Positions 55,794 to 64,000 of a stretch of 64,000 nt of DNA are shown piece by piece; the stretch's first letter is position 1, and every line of letters begins with the position of its first letter. Source of the DNA: Candidatus Parcubacteria bacterium (GTDB lineage: Bacteria > Patescibacteriota > Minisyncoccia > Phycocordibacterales > Zambryskibacteraceae). The DNA lies in NCBI GenBank assembly GCA_019661785.1, contig JAIFWP010000003.1, positions 31,009 to 95,008 of the forward strand. The letters run 5' to 3'. Below the pieces are notes generated by a model. It was not told the DNA's origin, made no database searches, and worked only from the letters and a program-made list of their open reading frames with translations. The translations under genes and the position numbers were made by a program.

Positions 55794-56874
55794 GTTCGAC
55801 AAGCCTCTATGGATTGCGGCGCACTTCGGCTTCACGCCGATAGAGGCTCCTATAGTCGGAGATCTTGACCTGCGCATGACTGCCGACTGCGAGGAAAATA
55901 CAAAGAGCTTCTGCAATGCGCCTGAGAAAGCCGCCTTCCTCCGCACATATCTAGAGAAGAAATATTCAGACCTCCCCCATCCCTTGGCCCTCTCTTGGCG
56001 CAAGGCTCGTGACTACTCTCTTGAGCTCATAGGTTATCCGACGGGAGTAGCCGAGGCCAAGCTCATACGCACCTCTCTCTCGATCCTCTCCGAAGATCAC
56101 AAAGAAGGCATGACCGTCGAGATAAACTCTATAGGAGACAAGGACTCTGTGGCATCCTACGAACGCGAGCTCCACAACTTCGTCAGGAAAATTGCCGGCA
56201 ACCTCTCCGCCGAGATGAAGAAATTATTTAAAGAAGACATCTTCGCCGTGGCCAAAGTGAAGGACGAGGTAGTGAAAGGCGCTCCGCAGTCCATATCCTT
56301 CCTCTCGGGAGGGAGCCGAGAGCGTTTCAAGGACGTGCTCGAGTACCTTGAGGCGCTTGGGGTAGAGTACCGCTTCGCTCCAGACCTCGTGGGAGTCAAG
56401 AACCTCTGCTCAGAGACTCTCTTTGCCATCCGAGACAGCGAAGGCAGGCTCCTCGCCGCCGGATACCACTACTCGAGGCTCGGCAAAAGATTTGGCATCA
56501 AGAAGGAGGTCTCGCTCATTGGCGCAACTATATATGGCGAGAAGAAGCCCAAAGACCCTACTGCGAAGATTTACAAAGAGGCGCCGAAGCCTAAGTTCTA
56601 TCTCCTCCATCTTGGCCGCGAGGCCCGCATGAAGGCCCTCTCTCTCATCGAACTCCTGCGCGAGAACAAGGTCCCCATATACCACTTCCTCGGACGAGAG
56701 AAGCTCGGTGCCCAGATGGAGCTCGCCGACAAGCTCCGCACCCCATACCTTATGATTGTCGGACAGAAGGAGGCTCTCGACCACACTGTCACTATCAGGA
56801 ATGTTGCCAGCCGTGCCCAGGAGACAGTCCCCTTCGCCACCCTGCCTCAATACTTGAAGCACTTGCCTTTTTAG
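55780..56874 (+). CDS. Histidyl-tRNA synthetase-like protein with degenerate catalytic motifs (HisZ-like paralog)
   Basis: It aligns to HisRS along the catalytic core (MTVEINSIGDKDSV versus VTLELNSIGSLEAR) and has a class IIa anticodon-binding domain (KFYLLHLGREARMKALSLIELLRENKVPIY..). It lacks motif 2 FRYERPQ/GRYRQF. Confidence 0.65.
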   Translation: MRKTEFDKPLWIAAHFGFTPIEAPIVGDLDLRMTADCEENTKSFCNAPEKAAFLRTYLEKKYSDLPHPLALSWRKARDYSLELIGYPTGVAEAKLIRTSLSILSEDHKEGMTVEINSIGDKDSVASYERELHNFVRKIAGNLSAEMKKLFKEDIFAVAKVKDEVVKGAPQSISFLSGGSRERFKDVLEYLEALGVEYRFAPDLVGVKNLCSETLFAIRDSEGRLLAAGYHYSRLGKRFGIKKEVSLIGATIYGEKKPKDPTAKIYKEAPKPKFYLLHLGREARMKALSLIELLRENKVPIYHFLGREKLGAQMELADKLRTPYLMIVGQKEALDHTVTIRNVASRAQETVPFATLPQYLKHLPF

Positions 56875-56921
56875 CCAACTTGTGTTAATGTTGAGCTAGA
56901 ACCCCAGCGGAGAAATCCCAG

Positions 56922-57239
56922 ATGGCAGATAGGCTCGACTTCGTGATGAACGACAGGCTCGGCTATGGCCGTCTCCTGACGCCGGACGGCAAGTCTCGCA
57001 TCGTGCTTTCAAAATGCATGGGCAGGGAGATGGTGAGATACTTGCTCGAGAGGAAGGAAGCGGGCGATGCAGAAGCTCGTAGCACGCTCGACAAAATCGA
57101 CGCCGCGACGAATCTCGACGAGAGAATCGCACTGGGCAAGAGTCTCATCGGGGTGAAAGGTCCCATGGGCCGTGCCGAAGTCGTGTCCGGACTCATGAGC
57201 CTCAACACGATGGACAGCCCTCGCCTGTTGCCAAACTAG
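56922..57239 (+). CDS. Hypothetical small protein
   Basis: 105 aa ORF followed by a strong terminator. Confidence 0.4.
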   Translation: MADRLDFVMNDRLGYGRLLTPDGKSRIVLSKCMGREMVRYLLERKEAGDAEARSTLDKIDAATNLDERIALGKSLIGVKGPMGRAEVVSGLMSLNTMDSPRLLPN

Positions 57240-57257
57240 CGCTCCTCGCCTCCCCCA

Positions 57258-57295
57258 GAGCCCCGTTCCGACCTAAGTCGGAACGGGGCTTTTTG
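57258..57295 (+). terminator. Intrinsic terminator, twin of the one at 12078
   Basis: gaGCCCCGTTCCGACctaaGTCGGAACGGGGCttttt. Confidence 0.7.
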
Positions 57296-57353
57296 ATTTA
57301 CTGGCCCTTGCCACAGCGACAATGATGTGCTAGATTATCCACTCATGTTAGGA

Positions 57354-57605
57354 ATGACAAACGTCGAAGTGGTCAAAGGACCCAACGAGAACAACTTAAG
57401 CGTCCTTAGACGCTTTCAAAAGCGCGTCCAGGGTTCCGGAGTCCTTATGAAGGTCCGCTCCAAGCGCTACAGCGAGCGCGTCAAGAGCGAGAATGTGAAG
57501 CGAGCCAAGACCCTCGCCTACCTGAAAAAGAAGGACGAGATGAACGAGCTCGTGAAGCTCGGCAAGGTCAATGAACTCCAAAAGTTTGGCCGCAAAAGGA
57601 GATAA
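57354..57605 (+). CDS. rpsU: 30S ribosomal protein S21
   Basis: LRRFQKRVQGSGVLMKVRSKRYSE..KRAK matches the S21 consensus (LRRFKR..GVL.E.RRR.YEKP...RKR). Confidence 0.7.
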   Translation: MTNVEVVKGPNENNLSVLRRFQKRVQGSGVLMKVRSKRYSERVKSENVKRAKTLAYLKKKDEMNELVKLGKVNELQKFGRKRR

Positions 57606-57987
57606 CAGAGACGATAACAAGGGCGCCAAGATAAGCGACGAGTTAGTCGGGCTAGCCAAAGATGCTGTCCTCGGCAACGCGTACGAGCTCTCTCTCGTCT
57701 TCTGCGGCAACAACCTCTCTCAAGAACTGAATCGTACCTACAGAGGCAAGGACAAGCCGACTAACGTACTCGCCTTCCCGCTATCGAAGACCTCAGGCGA
57801 GATATTCATAAACACCGAGCATTTGGACGGATTCAGAGTCGAGGAACTGCTTGTCCACGCACTCCTCCATTTGAAAGGAATGCTCCACGGCGCTAAAATG
57901 GAGAGCGAGGAAAAACGATTTTTAAAATTACTCTTTAATGGCACGACCACTCTCAGTCGGGATAGACATAGGCAGCCAAAACGTTAA
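57571..57987 (+). CDS. ybeY: Endoribonuclease YbeY
   Basis: Zinc-binding H..H.LHL.G..H motif (VHALLHLKGMLHG). Confidence 0.75.
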   Translation: MNSKSLAAKGDNRDDNKGAKISDELVGLAKDAVLGNAYELSLVFCGNNLSQELNRTYRGKDKPTNVLAFPLSKTSGEIFINTEHLDGFRVEELLVHALLHLKGMLHGAKMESEEKRFLKLLFNGTTTLSRDRHRQPKR

Positions 57988-59140
57988 GGTCGTCATCGCC
58001 CATGAGATAGAGGAGAACGGGCGCATAGTGCCAAAGGTCATCGGTCAGGCCACTGCTGAGACCAAGGGCCTCCACAGGGGCTATATATTGAATCCCTCTG
58101 AGGCCTCTAGGAGCGTCCGCTTAGCCATAGACAAGGCGGAGAAGGCCGCAGGGGTCACTGTGAAGCGCGCCTTCGTCTCAGTAGGCGGAGTAGGCCTAGG
58201 GAGCGCCGTAGCCTCTGGCTCGGTAGCTATAGCAAGGGCTGACCTCGAGGTCACCAACCTCGACCTGGAGAGCGCCCAGGAGGCTGCCGAGGCCGCCATC
58301 CCCGAGGCGCTCATTTTAAACAGGAAGGTCATCAACACTATCCCCCTCCTCACGCTCCTAGACGGCAAGCCTGCTCTTGGGCGCATTGAGGGCATGAAGG
58401 CTGGCAAGCTAGAGGTTAAAGTGCTTTTCATAACATGCCTCGAGCATCACTTGGAGGACCTTATACGCGTAGTAGAGGGAGCCGGAGTCGAGGTGGTCGA
58501 CGTTGTAGCCGCACCCATAGCTGCCTCCTTCGTGACTCTGTCTAAGAAGCAGAAGCGCGCCGGCTGCGCACTCATAAATATTGGAGCCGAGACACTCTCA
58601 CTCGTTGTCTTCGAGAACTCGAACCCCATCTCGCTCGAGGTCTTCGAGATGGGCGGAGCCGACGTGACGAACGACATGGCTCTCGGCTTGAAGATATCCC
58701 TTGAGGAAGCTGAGTCCGTTAAACTCGGCTCCTGGACTCGGAGCGACTATCCGAAGAAGAAGATTGAGGACCTTATCGGACGCAGATTGTCTGACATGTT
58801 CGACCTCGTGGCCGCACACTTGAAGAGGATAGGCCGACACTCTCTCCTCCCCGCCGGTATCGTCATCACTGGCGGCAGCGCCGGACTTGCCGGACTGCGC
58901 GACTTCGCCGTTGAGGTGCTGAAGCTCCCTGCTAAAGTGGGCGAGATCCACTTCGGCGAGGAGGAGAAGTATGCTACCAAAGACCTCCCTTGGTCGGTCG
59001 CCTACGGGCTAGCTATAGTGGGCTTCAACTCCGACAATGAGCAGGGTCTCGTGGGCCAGAGAGGTATGGACAAGCTCGCCGAAGGCGGCAAGAAGGGTCT
59101 CCGCACCCTCACCCACTGGTTCAACAAGTTCATACCCTAG
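57938..59140 (+). CDS. ftsA: Cell division protein FtsA
   Basis: Actin-like ATPase (VGIDIGSQNVKVV, INIGAETLSLVVF, ITGGSAGLAGL). Confidence 0.9.
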   Translation: MARPLSVGIDIGSQNVKVVIAHEIEENGRIVPKVIGQATAETKGLHRGYILNPSEASRSVRLAIDKAEKAAGVTVKRAFVSVGGVGLGSAVASGSVAIARADLEVTNLDLESAQEAAEAAIPEALILNRKVINTIPLLTLLDGKPALGRIEGMKAGKLEVKVLFITCLEHHLEDLIRVVEGAGVEVVDVVAAPIAASFVTLSKKQKRAGCALINIGAETLSLVVFENSNPISLEVFEMGGADVTNDMALGLKISLEEAESVKLGSWTRSDYPKKKIEDLIGRRLSDMFDLVAAHLKRIGRHSLLPAGIVITGGSAGLAGLRDFAVEVLKLPAKVGEIHFGEEEKYATKDLPWSVAYGLAIVGFNSDNEQGLVGQRGMDKLAEGGKKGLRTLTHWFNKFIP

Positions 59141-59269
59141 GCCGTCTTACGAGACCCCGCTTTCCAAAAACCGATTTGACTCTGTTGTCAACGGTTTCTT
59201 TTTTATTTGCGTTTGTGTACTATGTTTGCACCTCAAATTTAGAGGCGACATTCTCACTAAATCATACTT

Positions 59270-60448
59270 ATGCCACAAGTCAAACCTGATATAGAATCCT
59301 TCGCCCGCATCAAGGTCATCGGTGTCGGAGGCTCCGGCGGCAATACGGTAAACCACATGATCAACTCCAAGGTCCGCGGAGTCGACTTCATTGCTGTGAA
59401 CACGGATGCTCAGGATCTCCATAAATCCCTAGCTAAAAGAAAGGTTCATGTAGGCAAGAACCTCACACGAGGCCTCGGTGCTGGCATGAATCCAGAGCTC
59501 GGCAAGCGCGCTGTTGAAGAGACCAAGGAAGAAATACAGGAAGCTATCAAGGGTGCGGACATGGTCTTCGTCGCTTGCGGCATGGGTGGAGGCACCGGCT
59601 CCGGAGCTGCTCCCGTCATCGCCCGCACCGCGAAAGAAAATGGCATTCTCACAGTGGCTGTTGTGACAAAACCATTCTTCTTCGAGGGTGTCCAGCGCAT
59701 GAAAATCGCCGAGCAGGCCATCGAGGAATTGAAGGGCGCCGTCGATGCCATCATCATCATCCCTAACGACCGCCTGATGGCGACTATCAATAAGGATACG
59801 AGCGCCAAGAACGCCTTTGCCATCTGCGACAACATCTTGAAGGAGGCTGTCGAGGGCATCTCGGACCTCATCACTATGCCGGGCATCATCAACATCGACT
59901 TCGCTGACATCAGAGCCGTCATGGAGAATGCGGGTGCCGCACTCATGGGCATCGGTACCGGCCAAGGCGACAAGCGTGCCGAGGAAGCCGCCCGCGCTGC
60001 CATCTCCTCCCCTCTCCTTGAGATATCAATTAACGGCGCTAAGGGTGTACTCTTCTCCATCGCCGGCGGAGACGACCTCACCATGTTCGAGATACAGGAT
60101 GCTGCCAAGGTCATCACTGAGTCGGTGGATCCTAATGCCAAGATTATCTTCGGCACAGTCCACGACGAGAAGCTCAAAAAGGGCGAGGTCAAGGTCACGG
60201 TCATAGCAGCCTCCTTCCCTGAGAACGCTCAGCGCAAGGTCACAACCCTCTTCGGCAAGGATGCAGCGAATGAAGCTGAGAAGTCGAAGATGTTCAGCTC
60301 CTTCAGCACCTCTAAAAACGAGAAAGGCGAGAAGTCAGAAGAACTCCCCCTACCACCAAAGAAGGAAGTTGTGGTAGCTAAGATAGATAATGAAGAAGAC
60401 GACTGGGGCGCAGTTCCCTCTTTCCTACGCCGTTCAAAGTTGAAGTAA
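59270..60448 (+). CDS. ftsZ: Cell division protein FtsZ
   Basis: Tubulin signature GGGTGSG, T7 loop NIDFADI. Confidence 0.95.
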   Translation: MPQVKPDIESFARIKVIGVGGSGGNTVNHMINSKVRGVDFIAVNTDAQDLHKSLAKRKVHVGKNLTRGLGAGMNPELGKRAVEETKEEIQEAIKGADMVFVACGMGGGTGSGAAPVIARTAKENGILTVAVVTKPFFFEGVQRMKIAEQAIEELKGAVDAIIIIPNDRLMATINKDTSAKNAFAICDNILKEAVEGISDLITMPGIINIDFADIRAVMENAGAALMGIGTGQGDKRAEEAARAAISSPLLEISINGAKGVLFSIAGGDDLTMFEIQDAAKVITESVDPNAKIIFGTVHDEKLKKGEVKVTVIAASFPENAQRKVTTLFGKDAANEAEKSKMFSSFSTSKNEKGEKSEELPLPPKKEVVVAKIDNEEDDWGAVPSFLRRSKLK

Positions 60449-60470
60449 GCTGCCAGCTTCTTTCTACTAC

Positions 60471-60510
60471 GGCACAAAAAAGCTCCATTCTTTGGAGCTT
60501 TTTTGTGCTT
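60471..60510. terminator. Bidirectional intrinsic terminator (15 bp perfect palindrome)
   Basis: GCACAAAAAAGCTCCattctttGGAGCTTTTTTGTGC. Confidence 0.7.
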
Positions 60511-60563
60511 TGACAAATGCTCACAGAGGAGTAGGGTTGAGTCAGACCCCACAGGAGCAAAGC

Positions 60564-60992
60564 ATGATAATCGACCGTGCGATACGGTACTTCCTCGCTG
60601 GACCGTTCCTCATCTGCGCACTCGGCATACTCTTGCCGAGAGAGGCTATGGGCACCGTGATCTACGCGGCTATCATCCTCTCGTGCTCCATGTTTGTCGT
60701 CTGCGGCTTCGGACTCGTGAGCCTGGGCTCGGAGAAGAAGAAACTCCTGAGCCTGCGCGCGACGGCAAGCATCCTTGGCACGACCTTGTCCATGGGCATC
60801 ATGCTCATGATTGGGCTCGGCACTGCCTGGGCGGGAGCGGCTCGCGTGCTGGACTCAAGGATGGAGCAGACGTTCTACATCTCTCCGTTCGTCTCCTGGC
60901 CCATGCTCTGGGCAGGCACGCTGCTCTACGGCATAACCCTGTTCAAGCTGTACCTGGACAAGCCCCCGCGGCTGACGATTGAGCACCGCTAA
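60564..60992 (+). CDS. Hypothetical membrane protein (4 TM)
   Basis: Start at MIIDRAIRYF with GGAG upstream. Confidence 0.45.
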   Translation: MIIDRAIRYFLAGPFLICALGILLPREAMGTVIYAAIILSCSMFVVCGFGLVSLGSEKKKLLSLRATASILGTTLSMGIMLMIGLGTAWAGAARVLDSRMEQTFYISPFVSWPMLWAGTLLYGITLFKLYLDKPPRLTIEHR

Positions 60993-60993
60993 G

Positions 60994-61038
60994 ACGGCGC
61001 TCCGACACATTACATAGTGTCGGAGCGCTTTTCGTTTT
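60994..61038 (+). terminator. Intrinsic terminator
   Basis: GGCGCTCCGACACattacataGTGTCGGAGCGCttttcgtttt. Confidence 0.65.
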
Positions 61039-61067
61039 CCAAATAGCCTGTGGTATCCTTATGTCCT

Positions 61068-61988
61068 ATGTATGAACTCATTATCGTTGGAGGAGGCCCA
61101 GCCGGAGTAGCTGCCGGAGTTTACGCCGCTAGGAAGCGCCTTCGCACCCTGCTCATCACAGAGAGCTTCGGCGGACAGTCCATAGACTCTATGGGTATAG
61201 AGAACTGGATAGGCACAGTGAACATCTCCGGCCCAGACTTAGCCAAGTCGCTAGAGACTCATATAAGGACTTATGCCGAGAGCACAGTGGATATCAAGAC
61301 CGGCATAAGGGCATCAAAGATAGAGAAGACTGAAGGAGGCTTCAAGGTAGAGGTCGGCGGCGAGACCCTTGAGACTAAGACCATCCTCATAGCCACAGGC
61401 TCCTCAAGGAGGAAGCTCGAGGTGCCTGGCGGCAAGGAGTATGAGAACAAGGGTATAACCTACTGTGCTTCATGCGATGGACCGCTCTTCTCCGGGGCTG
61501 ATGTGGCTGTGGTCGGCGGGGGCAATGCTGGCTTCGAGACGGCGGCGCAGCTCTTGGCCTATGCCAAGTCAGTCACTCTATTGAACCGCTCGGACAAATA
61601 CAAAGCCGACGAGATGACCGTGGAGAAGGTCCTCGCCCACCCCAACATGCGCGCGATACCAAACGCCATTCCTAAAGAAGTCCGCGGGGATAAGTTCGTG
61701 AACTCTCTTATATATACTGATGCCGTAACTAATGAAAAGCACTCACTCCCTGTGACAGGCATCTTCGTGGAGATTGGACTCATGCCAGCTACTGAGGTGG
61801 TGAAGGGTATCGTTGAGTTGAATGAGCGCAACCAAATTGTGATAGACCCGCGCACTCAGAGCACTCGCACAAATGGCATATGGGCCGCCGGGGATGTCAC
61901 TGACACTCTGTATCATCAGAACAACATCGCCGCCGGAGACGCCGTGCGTGCTCTCGAAGATATATATCTGCACTTGCGAGCTAGGTAG
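61068..61988 (+). CDS. trxB: Thioredoxin-disulfide reductase
   Basis: FAD motif IIVGGGPAG, redox CASCDG, NADPH motif VVGGGNAGFE, and C-terminal GDV. Confidence 0.85.
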   Translation: MYELIIVGGGPAGVAAGVYAARKRLRTLLITESFGGQSIDSMGIENWIGTVNISGPDLAKSLETHIRTYAESTVDIKTGIRASKIEKTEGGFKVEVGGETLETKTILIATGSSRRKLEVPGGKEYENKGITYCASCDGPLFSGADVAVVGGGNAGFETAAQLLAYAKSVTLLNRSDKYKADEMTVEKVLAHPNMRAIPNAIPKEVRGDKFVNSLIYTDAVTNEKHSLPVTGIFVEIGLMPATEVVKGIVELNERNQIVIDPRTQSTRTNGIWAAGDVTDTLYHQNNIAAGDAVRALEDIYLHLRAR

Positions 61989-62005
61989 CTTATAGAAAAT
62001 GCAAT

Positions 62006-62042
62006 AAAAAAAGAAAGGGCGGGCATCTCACGATGCCCGCCC
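62006..62042 (-). terminator. Intrinsic terminator for the minus-strand gene
   Basis: GGGCGGGCATCgtgaGATGCCCGCCC followed on the minus strand by TTTCTTTTTTT. Confidence 0.6.
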
Positions 62043-62060
62043 GTTGCCGCGTTAGCGGCC

Positions 62061-62762
62061 CTACTTGCCAGTGCCGCTGCTGCTGCTGCTCTTTACCCTG
62101 ATGTTGATGCAATACGGCTGCCGCCAGTCCCTGTTGACGAACATGCCTTCAGCCATGCAGGCTGCTCCAGCCAGGGCTCCCCACTTGGCCAAGCCCTTCC
62201 AGTGAATACCGCCGCGGTCCGTGAGAGTCTTCGTCACGTACACCGTGTCGTAGTGGGTCTGCCATACGATAGTGGTATCGTGGACGAAAACCGGGAACGG
62301 CACGCTGTCGATGCGCGCTATCTGTCTCTCCGTTTTCACGACAGGCACGTTCTGTGACGGCTGAGCAACTCGAGTAACGGCCGACTTGGTGCCCACCGGT
62401 CGAGGTGTTGGCCTTGGCGTCGAGACTACAGGCAACTTTGCCGGCCCTTGCGTGAGATTCTGCTGAGCAAGCTGGAGCGCAACGATCTTCTTTTTGAGCG
62501 AGTCAGCCATGGTCTTGCAGGCCACCGCGCAGGCCGAGCCATTCTCATATGCCGTGACCTTCTGTCGAAGCGAGTCTGCAACCCTCTGGAGTGCTCGCTC
62601 CTGCTTGCACTGAGCCCCGAAGACGGCGCAGTAAGCAGAAGTATGTTTCTCCTCTTCGGCCTGCTGTGCCTTCTTGCTTGTGTCCTGAGCCCAGGTGTTG
62701 CTCGCTCCGATCACCGAAGCGAGGCACATGACGGCCGCCCAAACGTGAGTTCGGAGTCGCAT
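62061..62762 (-). CDS. Hypothetical secreted protein (signal peptide, Cys pairs, Pro-rich linker)
   Basis: Signal peptide MRLRTHVWAAVMCLASVIGASNTWA|Q. GC-rich. Confidence 0.5.
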   Translation of the reverse strand: MRLRTHVWAAVMCLASVIGASNTWAQDTSKKAQQAEEEKHTSAYCAVFGAQCKQERALQRVADSLRQKVTAYENGSACAVACKTMADSLKKKIVALQLAQQNLTQGPAKLPVVSTPRPTPRPVGTKSAVTRVAQPSQNVPVVKTERQIARIDSVPFPVFVHDTTIVWQTHYDTVYVTKTLTDRGGIHWKGLAKWGALAGAACMAEGMFVNRDWRQPYCINIRVKSSSSSGTGK

Positions 62763-62898
62763 TTCGATACCTCTGGTTGAGTTCCTATACTAGTGAGAAG
62801 ACCTTTCCGGGGCTCACCTTATCACGCCAAATGGCATGTGTAAATAGCCCTAGATTCCTTGTATATAAACGTATCGATGAGGTGCGACTTACCTACAA

Positions 62899-63014
62899 AT
62901 TGGCGGAAGAGGTGAGATTTGGTCACAGGTCTCGGCTTGCTAGCCAAGCCTGCGACCCCGCCTCGCGCCGCCGCGCTCCGGCTTTCAAATCGTCCTCGCA
63001 AACGGGTTTTGCTG
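62899..63014 (-). repeat. tRNA-Ser-associated element: conserved core plus hairpin plus ACCUGUGACC plus a duplicated tRNA-Ser 3' end including CCA
   Basis: 62901-62923 = CAAATCTCACCTCTTCCGCCA repeats the last 18 nt of tRNA-Ser. The core GAAAGCCGGAGCGCGGCGGCGCGAGGCGGGGTCGCAGG is about 95% identical to the copy at 30205-30351. Confidence 0.6.
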
Positions 63015-63101
63015 CGGAAGAGGTGAGATTTGAACTCACGGTAAGGTTGCCCCTACGCTGGTTTTCGAAACCAGTGCCTTAAACCACTCAGCCACTCTTC
63101 C
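63015..63101 (-). tRNA. tRNA-Ser (anticodon CGA), long variable arm
   Basis: Acceptor GGAAGAG/CTCTTCC, anticodon loop UUCGAAA, T-loop TTCAAAT, discriminator G. Confidence 0.85.
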
Positions 63102-63155
63102 AAGGCCATAACTCTAGCATTTTCGGCGAAAAATGTTAATATTTGCCCTGCTTAA

Positions 63156-63227
63156 GGCCCTATCGTCTATCGGTTAGGACACGAGCTTTTCAAGCTTGGA
63201 AGCCGGGTTCGACTCCCGGTAGGGTCA
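63156..63227 (+). tRNA. tRNA-Glu (anticodon UUC)
   Basis: Acceptor GGCCCTA/TAGGGTC, anticodon loop UUUUCAA, T-loop TTCGACT. Confidence 0.8.
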
Positions 63228-63236
63228 TCGCAACAT

Positions 63237-63848
63237 ATGAAGAAGCTTACGATTGCAGTTGATATTGATGATGTCATTGCGGCAAGTGCGCCGGCCTTTA
63301 TTGCATATAGTAATGAGAAATTTGGTACGCATTTAACGGTTGATGATTATCACGAACGATGGGGTGATGTTTGGAAAGTTGAACAGGAAGAACTCATTAA
63401 GCGGGCACACGAATATCATGAATCTGGAGACCATGCGAAATACGGAGTCATAGATGGAGCCAAAGATTCTCTTAAAGAACTCAGGAGGAATTTTAGACTA
63501 ATAGTATTGACTACTAGGCGCAATTCTATCAATCAATTGACAAGGGATTGGATAAATAAATTTTATCCAGATATTTTTGACGACTTTGTCTTTACTGGAT
63601 TTTATGATGACCCAACCGTTGGCGGCGCGCACATGACTAAGGCCGAATTGGCCCGAGGAGTAGGCGCACAGTACTTAATTGATGACCAGCTCAAGCACAT
63701 TTTAGCTTCTGCTGAGATTGGCATAAAAGGGTTGCTGTTTGGAGATTATTTTTGGAATAAAGCTGACCATCTTCCGACTAATGTGGAAAGAGTGAGAAAT
63801 TGGACCGAGGTTCTTGAGTATTTTGGAAGAGAAATTAACCCACTTTAA
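63237..63848 (+). CDS. HAD-superfamily 5'(3')-deoxyribonucleotidase-like protein
   Basis: Motif I DIDDV at the N-terminus and a NT5C-like fold. The ORF is noticeably AT-richer than the rest of the window. Confidence 0.65.
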   Translation: MKKLTIAVDIDDVIAASAPAFIAYSNEKFGTHLTVDDYHERWGDVWKVEQEELIKRAHEYHESGDHAKYGVIDGAKDSLKELRRNFRLIVLTTRRNSINQLTRDWINKFYPDIFDDFVFTGFYDDPTVGGAHMTKAELARGVGAQYLIDDQLKHILASAEIGIKGLLFGDYFWNKADHLPTNVERVRNWTEVLEYFGREINPL

Positions 63849-63880
63849 TCTCGGTCAATTTTGTTGTAAAGTAGTCAAAC

Positions 63881-63953
63881 GCGCGGTTAGCTCAGTTGGT
63901 AGAGCATCCCCTTGACGTGGGGAGGGTCAGAGGTTCGAATCCTCTATCGCGCA
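63881..63953 (+). tRNA. tRNA-Val (anticodon GAC)
   Basis: Acceptor GCGCGGT/ATCGCGC, anticodon loop UUGACGU, T-loop TTCGAAT. Confidence 0.85.
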
Positions 63954-64000
63954 CAGATGAGACATGTTCTAGCAAGATGGGAATGGTTTCTAGTATTAAT

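Noticed and set aside
1-64000. CRISPR arrays, IS elements, transposase or integrase genes
   Set aside because: I found no regularly spaced direct repeats and no ORF with DDE, HUH or tyrosine-recombinase motifs. The only repeat families are the tRNA-associated element and the shared promoter and terminator motifs.

Overview
This 64 kb window looks like chromosomal DNA from a small-genome bacterium. The compact single-domain housekeeping proteins, sortase, DedA, short DnaX/HolB and weak Shine-Dalgarno use suggest a reduced Gram-positive-like or Patescibacteria-like lineage, but that placement is inference only. It is almost entirely housekeeping: cell shape and division (mreBC, ftsQ, ybeY-ftsA-ftsZ), replication and DNA topology (dnaX, holB, gyrA, topA, dprA, parB), translation (proS, serS, frr, infB, rbfA, rpsA, rpsU, rpmG, pth, miaA, dus), chaperones and proteases (clpB, rseP, lepB), a folate cluster (folD, an ATP-grasp enzyme, a 5-formyl-THF cyclo-ligase), a purC-purE fusion, and 12 tRNA genes. 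Several things stand out. (1) A roughly 535 nt transcript with no coding capacity lies upstream of rpsA, with its own consensus promoter and intrinsic terminator; it is a candidate structured ncRNA that I cannot assign to a known family. (2) A family of near-identical strong promoters, TTGACA-N17-(TGA)TAGTAT, drives that RNA and three adjacent small hypothetical genes. (3) Six tandem paralogous small two-helix membrane or secreted proteins are arranged like conjugative TrbC/VirB2 pilins. (4) A conserved roughly 75 nt structured element follows three tRNA genes, and at two of them it is followed by a duplicated copy of the tRNA 3' end, which looks like an att-site scar or a miniature tRNA-targeting element. 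(5) An ECF sigma factor sits next to a sortase and its substrate. (6) There is a catalytically degenerate HisRS paralog, a pseudo-protease, and twin terminator hairpins with compensatory substitutions. All functional calls come from reading motifs in the translations. No database search was run.
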